Shown here: in pieces, positions 7,798 through 15,119 of the stretch
Position numbering within the stretch: the first letter of the stretch is position 1
Layout: each line of letters begins with the position of its first letter
DNA from: Streptomyces sp. SM11
GTDB taxonomy: Bacteria > Actinomycetota > Actinomycetes > Streptomycetales > Streptomycetaceae
Assembly (NCBI RefSeq): GCF_002910905.1
Contig: NZ_NEUE01000141.1
Coordinates: 18,883 to 42,882 of the forward strand
Direction: 5' to 3'
Length of the DNA stretch: 24,000 nucleotides
Made by a program: the position numbers and the translations under genes
Notes under the pieces: model-generated
Told to the model about the DNA's origin: nothing
What the model saw: the letters and a program-made list of their open reading frames with translations, nothing else
Databases searched by the model: none

Positions 7798-9315
7798 ATG
7801 AGAACGAAGGACAGGCCCGTCAGGGCAAGAGGGAGCAGCACCAGTGGAAAGTTCACCCCCCCGCAGCCCGGCCGGGAGGCGTGGTCGGCATCCTGGCCTT
7901 CGCCGGCATCGTGGCGGCGCTCACGCAGACCCTGGTGGTGCCGCTGATCGCGGAGCTGCCGAAGCTGTTCGACACCTCCGCGTCGAACGCGTCCTGGGTG
8001 ATCACCGCCACCCTGCTGGCCGCCGCCGTGGCCACGCCCGTCGCCGGCCGGCTGGGCGACATGTACGGCAAGCGGCGCATGCTGCTCGTCCCGCTCGTCC
8101 CGCTGGTCCTCGGCTCGGTGGTCTGCGCCCTGTCCTCGTCGGTGGTCCCGATGATCGCCGGGCGCGGACTCCAGGGCCTGGGCATGGGCGTGGTCCCGCT
8201 CGGCATCAGCCTCCTGCGTGATGTGGTCCCGGCCGAGAAGCTCGGCCCGTCCATCGCGATCATGAGCGCCTCGATGGGCGTGGGCGGCGCGCTGGGCCTG
8301 CCGTTCGCCGCCGCCATCGCGGAGAACACCAGCTGGCGGGTGCTGTTCTGGGTGGTCGCCGTGCTGGCCCTCGCGGTCGGCGCACTGATCCTGGCCGTGG
8401 TCCCCGGGGACCGGCCGGCCACCAGGTCCGGCGGCTTCGACCTGCCCGGGGCGATCGGGCTCGGCGCCGCCCTGGTCTGCCTGCTGCTCGCCGTCTCCAA
8501 GGGCGCCGACTGGGGCTGGGGCAGCGCGACGACGCTCACTCTCTTCGCCACCGTGCTGGTGCTGCTGCCCGCCTGGGGCTGGTGGGAACTGCGCCGGCAC
8601 GACCCGCTGGTCGACCTGCGTGTCACCGCCCGCCCCCAGGTCCTGATGACGAACACGGCCTCGGTCCTGGTCGGCTTCGTGATGTACGCCCAGTCCCTCG
8701 TCGTGCCCCAGCTGCTCCAGCTGCCCGAGGCCACCGGGTACGGCCTGGGGCAGTCGATGCTCGCGATGGGCCTGTGGATGGCCCCGGCGGGCCTGATGAT
8801 GATGGCGATGTCCCCGGTCGGCGCGAAGCTGTCCGCCGCCAAGGGCCCGAAGGTCACCCTCGCCGTCGGCAGCCTGCTCATCGCGGCCGGCTACGGCCTG
8901 TCCGTACCGCTGATCGGCGCGGACTCCCCGTGGAGCCTGCTGATCGTCACCCTCGTCTGCAACTCCGGCGTCGGCTTCGCCTACGGACCGGGGCACCGCG
9001 CTCATCATGAGCGCGGTGCCCCGGTCCGAGACCGCGTCGGCCAACAGCTTCAACGCCCTGATGCGCTCGATCGGCACGTCCTTCGCGGCGGCGGTGATCG
9101 GCCTGGTCCTGGCCCGGATGACCACCGACTTCGACGACTTCCCGCTGGCCTCCCGGGACGGCTTCCGTGTCGCGATGCTGATCGGCTGCGGGGTGGGCCT
9201 GGCGGCGGCGGTCGTCGCCGTCCTCGTCCCCGTACGCCCGGCGACCGCACTCGTCCAGCCGGCTGCCACCTCCGGTCCGGCGGATGCGCCCGAGGTGTCG
9301 GAGGCCAAGGCCTGA
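7798..9315 (+). pseudogene. DHA2-type (EmrB/QacA-like, 14-TMS) MFS efflux transporter needing two frame corrections
   Basis: The main body is ORF-track 7881-9758 up to ...NSGVGFAYG. The C-terminus continues in another frame (ORF 9007-9315: MSAVPRSETASANSFNALMRSIGTSF...). Removing one G from the G4 run at 8990-8993 restores GFAYGPGTALIMSAVP. The GTG at 7881 begins directly in TM1 with no upstream in-frame start. ATG 7798 in another frame joins across the C7 run at 7856-7862. This could be a true pseudogene or homopolymer sequencing error. Confidence 0.7.
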
Positions 9316-9335
9316 TCGTCGTCCGAACGGATCGC

Positions 9336-9374
9336 GGCCCGGGGCCCGGCGGCTCGACCGCCGGGCCCCGGGCC
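9336..9374. terminator. perfect 17-bp GC hairpin between convergent MFS and fprB-like genes
   Basis: ggcccggggcccggcgg (9336-9352), loop ctcga, ccgccgggccccgggcc (9358-9374); the arms are exact reverse complements. Confidence 0.55.
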
Positions 9375-9415
9375 GGACTTCGTACGGTGACGAGCACCGT
9401 CGTCACGACGGCGCG

Positions 9416-9455
9416 TCAGCGGGTCAGCGGGTCAGCGGGTCAGCGGGTCAGCCGC
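9416..9455. repeat. 8-nt tandem repeat tcagcggg x4 plus one degenerate unit, spanning the stop of the fprB-like gene
   Basis: Perfect units at 9416, 9424, 9432 and 9440; a degenerate unit at 9448 (tcagccgc). On the minus strand each unit reads cccgcTGA. The unit length of 8 puts TGA in all three minus-strand frames. The annotated stop is the unit at 9440-9442. Confidence 0.9.
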
Positions 9456-11140
9456 AGCAGCCGCCCCGACCTCGCCGTCGCGACGAGCTCCTCGACGGTG
9501 GCGAGCTTCACCCGGGGCCGGCGCTCGCGCCGCCCCCGGTCCCGTTCGGCACGCTCGATCGCGGCCAGGCCCCGGGCGTCCACGACCCGGCGGTTGCGCT
9601 GCCGGGCCAGGCGCCGGAACGCCTTGGCGTCGCCCGTCGGAGCGGGCAGCGTCCCGGCGACCGCGTCGGCCAGGAGCGTGCCGACCGTCTCGGCCGCGCA
9701 GGTGCGGTTGGCGCCGATCCCGCCGGAGGGCCCCCGCTTGATCCAGCCGACCACATAGCTGCCGGGCAGCCCGGCGACCCGGCCGCCCTCGTGCGGGACG
9801 GTGCCCGCCGCCTCGTCGAACGGCAGCCCGGGGACCGGCAGCCCCCGGTAGCCGATGGCCCGCAGCAGCAGCCCGGCGCCGAGGTCGGCCGTACCCCCGC
9901 CGCCGATGCCCCCGCCGCCGGTGCCCCCGCCGGCCGTGACACGTACGGCGCGCGCGTCCCCGTCGCCCAGGATCTCCACCGGCTCGGAGTGGAACCGGAG
10001 CACGATGCGCCGGTCCGTCCCTCGGCCGGGCGCGGGGGACGCGGCGTCCGTCCGTACCCGGGCGAGCCCCCGGAGCAACCCGGCCCGGTCGCCCGCCCCG
10101 GCCCCGTCGATCGCCGCCCCCGTGCGCGGATCGTGGTCGTCCACGACGAGCTCCACGCCCGGCAGATGCTTCAGCGCGAGGAGTTCGGAGCGGGTGTACG
10201 CAGCGTCGCCGGGGCCCCGCCGCCCCAGCACCACCACTTCCCGGACCCGGCTCGCCCGCAGGGCCTCCAGCGCGTGGGCGGCGATGTCGGTGCCCGCGAG
10301 CGCCTCCGGGTCGGCGACCAGGATCCGGGCGACGTCGAGGGCGACGTTGCCGTTGCCCACCACGACGACCCGCTCGGCGGACAGGTCGACGCGCTGCGCG
10401 ACGGCCTCCGGGTGGGCGTTGTACCAGGCGACGAACGCGGTCGCCGAAAGGCACCCGGGGCTGTCCTCGCCCGGGATGCCGAGCCGCCGGTCCGCCGAGG
10501 CACCGACCGCGTAGATCACCGCGTCGTGGTGGGCGGCCAGTTCCTCCGCGGTGACGTCCCGGCCCACCTCGATGCCCAGGTGCATCCGGGCCCGGGGGTG
10601 GGAGTGGAAGCGGGAGAAGACGTCGCCGACCTTCTTCGTCGCGGGGTGGTCGGGGGCCACCCCGTACCGGACGAGCCCGCCGGCCACCGGCAGCCGGTCG
10701 ATCAGGGTCACCTCGGCCGCGGTGTGCAGCAACAGGTCCTGCGCCGCGTACATCCCGGCGGGACCGGTACCGACGACGGCCACCCGCAGCGGCCCGAAGT
10801 CGGACGGCAGACTGCGCCCGAAGACCGGCTCGCCCCAGACGTGGAAGTTGGGCCCGTCGACCTCGCCCCCGGCGGAAGGGGACGCCTCCCCCTCGTAATA
10901 GGCGGCGTTGATGTCCGCGTACTCCCGCTGCCCGGCGGCCAGCGCGTCCACCGGGAAGATCGCGTCCACCGGGCAGGCGTCGGCGCAGGCACCGCAGTCG
11001 ATGCACGCCCGGGGGTCGATGTGGAGCATCTCCGTGCTGCCGAAGGCACGTTCCTCCGGCGTCGGGTGGATGCAGTTGACCGGGCACACGGCCACACAGG
11101 TGGCGTCGTTGCAGCAGGTCTGGGTGATGGCGTAGGTCAT
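9440..11140 (-). CDS. ferredoxin-fused NADPH:ferredoxin (adrenodoxin-type) reductase, FprB-like
   Basis: 566-aa ORF. N-terminal 2x Fe-S ferredoxin (CCNDATCVAVCP...CIDCGACADACP) followed by an FprA-type FAD/NADP reductase (VAVVGTGPAGMYAA, RLPVAGGLVRYGVAPDH, VVVVGNGNVALDVARIL). Separated by 9 nt from the upstream oxygenase stop. Confidence 0.9.
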   Translation of the reverse strand: MTYAITQTCCNDATCVAVCPVNCIHPTPEERAFGSTEMLHIDPRACIDCGACADACPVDAIFPVDALAAGQREYADINAAYYEGEASPSAGGEVDGPNFHVWGEPVFGRSLPSDFGPLRVAVVGTGPAGMYAAQDLLLHTAAEVTLIDRLPVAGGLVRYGVAPDHPATKKVGDVFSRFHSHPRARMHLGIEVGRDVTAEELAAHHDAVIYAVGASADRRLGIPGEDSPGCLSATAFVAWYNAHPEAVAQRVDLSAERVVVVGNGNVALDVARILVADPEALAGTDIAAHALEALRASRVREVVVLGRRGPGDAAYTRSELLALKHLPGVELVVDDHDPRTGAAIDGAGAGDRAGLLRGLARVRTDAASPAPGRGTDRRIVLRFHSEPVEILGDGDARAVRVTAGGGTGGGGIGGGGTADLGAGLLLRAIGYRGLPVPGLPFDEAAGTVPHEGGRVAGLPGSYVVGWIKRGPSGGIGANRTCAAETVGTLLADAVAGTLPAPTGDAKAFRRLARQRNRRVVDARGLAAIERAERDRGRRERRPRVKLATVEELVATARSGRLLRLTR

Positions 11141-11149
11141 GGCCCCGGC

Positions 11150-12064
11150 TCAGATCAGGTTCGCGCGCTTGTAGAACGCGAGTGCGGGCTTGGTGAGGAG
11201 GCGGGCGGAGGCCAGGAAGTCCATCAGCCCCGAACAGCTGGACCGCATCATCGACTTGTGGTGCTCGTTTCGCCGGGCGGCGGCCAGCGCCCGCTTCCGG
11301 TCGAGCCCGGCCTTCCGGTAGACCTCCGGGTTCACCATGCTGGTCACGATGAAGTACGAGGCGACGGCGACGACGAACGCGTTGAGCTGCCGCCGCGCCC
11401 ACCCGGCGCCCTCCAGGCGCTTGAGGGTCTCGTCCCGGGCGAACTTCATGTGCCGGGACTCCTCCACCACATGGATGTTGTTGATGGTGCGGACGAACGG
11501 CACGACCCGCTCGTCGCGCATCCAGTCCCGCTGCATCACGTCGAGGACTTCCTCGGCGACCAGGATCGCCGCGTACGCCGCCTCGCCGAACGCCAGCGTC
11601 TTGAAGGCCCTGCCCAGCTCCATCACCGCGCGGCGCGGGCGGTAGTGGGGCGCGCCGAGCTTCTGCGCGCCGCGCGCGAACATGATCGAGTGACGGCACT
11701 CCTCGGCTATCTCGGTGAGCGCCCACTGGAACTCCGCGCCCGCCGGGTTCTTCATGTAGATGTCGCGCAGCACCATCTGCTGGAGGATCATCTCGAACCA
11801 GATGCCGGTGCTGGCGACCGAGGCCGCCTCCTGCCGGGTCAGCTCCTTGCGCTGCCCCTCGGTCAACTCGCTCCAGTAGGCGGTCCCGTAGAGACTGCAC
11901 CACTCCGGGCTCGCGCCGTGGAACTCCTTGTCCAGCGGCGTCTCCCAGTCCACCTCGGTGGCCGGGTCGTACGCCAGCTGAGCGGCCGAGCCGAGCAGCC
12001 GCCGCGCGACGTCGTCACCCTCGGGACTCTCCTGGACCTTCGACGGAACGGTGCTGCCGGCCAT
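11150..12064 (-). CDS. ferritin-like diiron oxygenase (AurF / p-aminobenzoate N-oxygenase-like family)
   Basis: ORF-track 11150-12196. ATG at 12064 is preceded by AGGAG with a 7-nt spacer. ExxH-type diiron motifs (EIAEECRHSIMF, VVEESRHMKF) in an all-helical protein. It pairs with the fprB-like gene, as I recall for mycobacterial Rv0885/Rv0886. Confidence 0.8.
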   Translation of the reverse strand: MAGSTVPSKVQESPEGDDVARRLLGSAAQLAYDPATEVDWETPLDKEFHGASPEWCSLYGTAYWSELTEGQRKELTRQEAASVASTGIWFEMILQQMVLRDIYMKNPAGAEFQWALTEIAEECRHSIMFARGAQKLGAPHYRPRRAVMELGRAFKTLAFGEAAYAAILVAEEVLDVMQRDWMRDERVVPFVRTINNIHVVEESRHMKFARDETLKRLEGAGWARRQLNAFVVAVASYFIVTSMVNPEVYRKAGLDRKRALAAARRNEHHKSMMRSSCSGLMDFLASARLLTKPALAFYKRANLI

Positions 12065-12182
12065 GCTGCGGCTCCTGGGGTCGAGTGCGGTGATCCTTGA
12101 TCGTGGTGATGTGCGCACAACAGTGGTGACGCGCGTACGTCGACAGCCCTGTCGCCCGGGCGCCGGCCGGGTGCCCCACCCT

Positions 12183-12207
12183 CTTGTTAGACGCAAGGTA
12201 TAACAAG
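12183..12207. promoter_or_regulatory. AT-rich inverted repeat CTTGTTA-N11-TAACAAG upstream of the oxygenase/fprB-like operon
   Basis: cttgtta (12183-12189) and taacaag (12201-12207) are exact reverse complements. This is the most AT-rich patch of this intergenic region. Function is inferred only. Confidence 0.3.
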
Positions 12208-12279
12208 GAGCCCGGGCCGCCTACCCCTCGGTAGAAATCAACCTGGGCCCCTCACACCGACCCCATACCTCCTCGTCGG

Positions 12280-13071
12280 CTACCGGGGGTCCTGGCCGAA
12301 CTCCGCGGTGGACCAGAGGTAGCCGAGCACCACGAGCCCGAGGCTCCAGCCGACGGCCAGCCAGCCGTTGTGGCCGATCTCGCTGCCGAGCAGCAGCCCA
12401 CGCAGGGTCTCGATGGCGGGGGTGAACGGCTGGTACTCGGCGATCGGCCGGAACCAGCCCGGCATCGTCTCCACCGGGATGAAGGCGCTGGACAGGAGCG
12501 GCAGCAGGATCATCGGCAGGGCGTTGTTGCTTGCGGCATCGGCGTTCGGGCTGATCAGCCCCATGCCGACGGCGGTCCAGGTGAGGGCCGAGGCGAAGAG
12601 CACGAGCAGCCCGAACGCCGCCAGCCACTCCAGGAGCGTGACGTCCGTGGACCGGAAGCCGATGGCCACGGCGACGGCGCCGACCAGGACCACGCTCAGC
12701 ACGCTCTGCAGCACGCTCCCGACGACATGCCCGACGAGCACGGAGCCACGGTGAATCGCCATGGTGCGGAAGCGGGCGATGATGCCCTCGGTCATGTCGT
12801 TGGAGACGGAGACAGCGGTCCCGACCACGGTGGAGCCGATGGTCATCAACAGCAGGCCCGGGACGATGTAGGCGATGTAGGCGGCACGGTCGGCCCCTGC
12901 GCCGCCGATGCCCGCGCTCATCACATCGCCGAAGATGTAGACGAAAAGCAGCAGGAGCATGACAGGCGTGAGGAGCAGGTTGAGGGTGAGGGAGGGATAG
13001 CGCCGGGCGTGCAGGAGGTTGCGGCGCAGCATGGTGTTCGAGTCGCGTACGGCGAGGGCGAGGGTGCTCAT
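12280..13071 (-). CDS. ABC-2 type transporter permease (DrrB-like)
   Basis: ATG 13071 lies within ORF-track 12280-13506 (MSTLALAVRDSNTMLRRNLLHARRYPSLTLNLLLTPVMLLLLF...). Six predicted hydrophobic helices. Start overlaps the ATPase stop (ATGA at 13068-13071). Confidence 0.85.
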   Translation of the reverse strand: MSTLALAVRDSNTMLRRNLLHARRYPSLTLNLLLTPVMLLLLFVYIFGDVMSAGIGGAGADRAAYIAYIVPGLLLMTIGSTVVGTAVSVSNDMTEGIIARFRTMAIHRGSVLVGHVVGSVLQSVLSVVLVGAVAVAIGFRSTDVTLLEWLAAFGLLVLFASALTWTAVGMGLISPNADAASNNALPMILLPLLSSAFIPVETMPGWFRPIAEYQPFTPAIETLRGLLLGSEIGHNGWLAVGWSLGLVVLGYLWSTAEFGQDPR

Positions 13072-14069
13072 CGGAGGGCCTCCGTCGGCTGGTCGTTCCG
13101 GCCGGGCACGCCGGATCCGGTAAGGGCGAAGAACACGTCGTCGAGGTCGGGGGTGTGCACGGTCAGCTCGTCGGCCTCGATCCCGGCCGCGTCCAACCAG
13201 TCGAGGACGGAACGCAGTTCGCGCTGACTGCCGTCGCTGGGGATCTGGAGCGACAGCGCCTCGTCGTCGCCGGTGGCCTCGCGCAGGGCGCGGGCGGCGG
13301 ACCGGTAGGCGTCCGGGTCGGTGAAGCGGAGCCTGACGTGCCCGCCGGGGACGATCCGCTTCAGCTCCTCGGCACTGCCCTCGGCGGCGATCCTCCCGTC
13401 GTTGAGCACGGCGATACGGTCGGCCAGTTCGTCGGCCTCCTCCAGGTACTGGGTGGTGAGGAAGACGGTGACGCCGCCGGCGACCAGTTCGCGGATGATC
13501 CCCCACATGGTGTGGCGGGAACGCGGGTCGAGACCCGTGGTCGGCTCGTCGAGGAAGATGATCCGCGGGGAGCCGACCAGCGTCATGGCGATGTCGAGGC
13601 GGCGCTTCATGCCCCCGGAATAGCCCGCGGCGGGCTTCCTCGCCGCGTCCACGAGGTCGAAACGCTCCAGCAGTTCGGCGGCGACCCGCCGGCCCTCCCG
13701 GCGCGGCAGATGGTGCAGGTCCGCCATGAGCAGCATGTTCTCCTCACCGGTGATCAGCCCGTCCACGGCGGAGAACTGCCCGGTGACACCGATCGCGGCA
13801 CGCACGGCCTGCGGATCGGCGGCCACGTCGTGGCCTCCGACGCGGAGTTCACCGGCGTCGGCGGTGACGAGCGTGGAGAGGATCTTGACGGCGGTGGTCT
13901 TGCCCGCGCCGTTGGGGCCGAGCAGGGAGAAGACGGTGCCCTCGGGCACCGACAGGTCGATGCCGTCGAGCACGAGCTTGTCGCCGTAGGACTTGCGCAG
14001 TCCGGTGGCGGTGATCGCCTGCGTCGCGGCCCGGTCGGCGAGCGGCGCGGAGGCCCGGGTGACAGTCAT
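13068..14069 (-). CDS. ABC transporter ATP-binding protein (DrrA/daunorubicin-resistance-like)
   Basis: ATG 14069 lies within ORF-track 13068-14135. Walker A GPNGAGKTT, signature YSGGMKRRL, Walker B IIFLDEPTTGLD, H-loop. C-terminal extension typical of DrrA-like proteins. Confidence 0.9.
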   Translation of the reverse strand: MTVTRASAPLADRAATQAITATGLRKSYGDKLVLDGIDLSVPEGTVFSLLGPNGAGKTTAVKILSTLVTADAGELRVGGHDVAADPQAVRAAIGVTGQFSAVDGLITGEENMLLMADLHHLPRREGRRVAAELLERFDLVDAARKPAAGYSGGMKRRLDIAMTLVGSPRIIFLDEPTTGLDPRSRHTMWGIIRELVAGGVTVFLTTQYLEEADELADRIAVLNDGRIAAEGSAEELKRIVPGGHVRLRFTDPDAYRSAARALREATGDDEALSLQIPSDGSQRELRSVLDWLDAAGIEADELTVHTPDLDDVFFALTGSGVPGRNDQPTEALR

Positions 14070-14127
14070 GCTGATGCCCTTTCGCGAGCGGTGGGTCGGG
14101 CGTGGACGGTACGGGGCGCGGCGGAGG

Positions 14128-15018
14128 TCAGGCACGGCGGACGATGATGTCGCCGACCCCGCTCCCGGCGTGCACCTCGACGGTCTCGTCGGAGTCCTCG
14201 GGACCGGCGGCGGTACCGAGCGAGTTGCGTACGGTGCCGAACTTGGGGTTCAGGTCGAGCCAGGCGGCGGTGCCCTCGTGGATGCCCACTTCGAGGTCGC
14301 CGACGGAGGTGCGCAGAGCGATGCGGCCCCGGATCACGTCGCCGACGCGGATGTGCCCGTTGGAGGAGGTCGCGTCGACCCCGGCGTGGGCGACGCCGAT
14401 CTCGATCCGACCGTTGGCGGACTTGGCGACGACACCGCCGTGCGCGACGCCCACCGAGATGTCGCCGTTGGCCGCGTTGACCTTCAGCTCACCACCGACC
14501 TCGTCGATCCCGGTCGCACCGTTGCCGTTCTTGACGACCGCCGCCCCGGCGACCGCACCGACCTCGACCCGGCCGGATCCGACGACTTCGGCGTCCCCGG
14601 TGGAGCGGACCAGCCGGATGTCGCCGTGGTCGGTCCTGAGCTCGGCGCGGGCCGCCTCGTCCACCTGGAGATCGCCGAGCGAGGTCGTGAGCTTCACGTC
14701 CCCGAGGGGACCTTCGCAGAAGAAGCCGCCCAGGGCGGAGGTGCCCCGCACGCCGGACCCCGCGGGCAGTTCGATGCTCACGACGACGGTGCCCGGCTTA
14801 CCGAACAGGGACCGCTTCCTGGGGGTCCTGACGGTGAGGCGGCCGCCCGAGCAGGAGACCTGGGTCTGCCGCACGGCACGCACGTCGTCCTCGTCGGATC
14901 CGTTGCCCGGCAGTACCTCGACGACCGTGTCGGTGCGCTTGCCGGCGGTGATGCGGGCGGTGCCGGCGTCCAGCTCGACGACGGCGGAGATCGGCTCGGG
15001 GGTCTCGAAAGAAGGCAT
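14128..15018 (-). CDS. DUF4097-family beta-strand repeat protein
   Basis: 296-aa ORF with GAGGA RBS upstream of ATG 15018. Repeated G-D-I/L-x-V beta-strand units (NGDISVGVAHGGVVAKSANGRIEIGVAHAGVDATSSNGHIRVGDV...) ending in GSGVGDIIVRRA. No signal peptide or TM helix is evident. Confidence 0.85.
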   Translation of the reverse strand: MPSFETPEPISAVVELDAGTARITAGKRTDTVVEVLPGNGSDEDDVRAVRQTQVSCSGGRLTVRTPRKRSLFGKPGTVVVSIELPAGSGVRGTSALGGFFCEGPLGDVKLTTSLGDLQVDEAARAELRTDHGDIRLVRSTGDAEVVGSGRVEVGAVAGAAVVKNGNGATGIDEVGGELKVNAANGDISVGVAHGGVVAKSANGRIEIGVAHAGVDATSSNGHIRVGDVIRGRIALRTSVGDLEVGIHEGTAAWLDLNPKFGTVRNSLGTAAGPEDSDETVEVHAGSGVGDIIVRRA

Positions 15019-15042
15019 GGCTGTCCCGTCCTCTTGGCTCGG

Positions 15043-15070
15043 TGAGTGATGAGCGATCAGTGATCAGTGA
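15043..15070. repeat. 7-nt tandem repeat T(G/C)AG(T/C)GA x4 between the RHH gene and the DUF4097 gene
   Basis: tgagtga (15043), tgagcga (15050), tcagtga (15057), tcagtga (15064). TGA occurs repeatedly on the plus strand; the two tcagtga units also read TGA on the minus strand. The 7-nt unit shifts frame with every copy. Confidence 0.85.
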
Positions 15071-15119
15071 CGTCGGCCGGATCGGCGATCCGCCGGTGAA
15101 AGCGTTGCCGGCTACGGCT

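Noticed and set aside
9416-9455. Short tandem repeats (also at 4641-4691 and 15043-15070) considered as possible CRISPR arrays.
   Set aside because: The units are 7-17 nt and directly abut with no spacers. No cas genes are in the window. They are simple tandem repeats.
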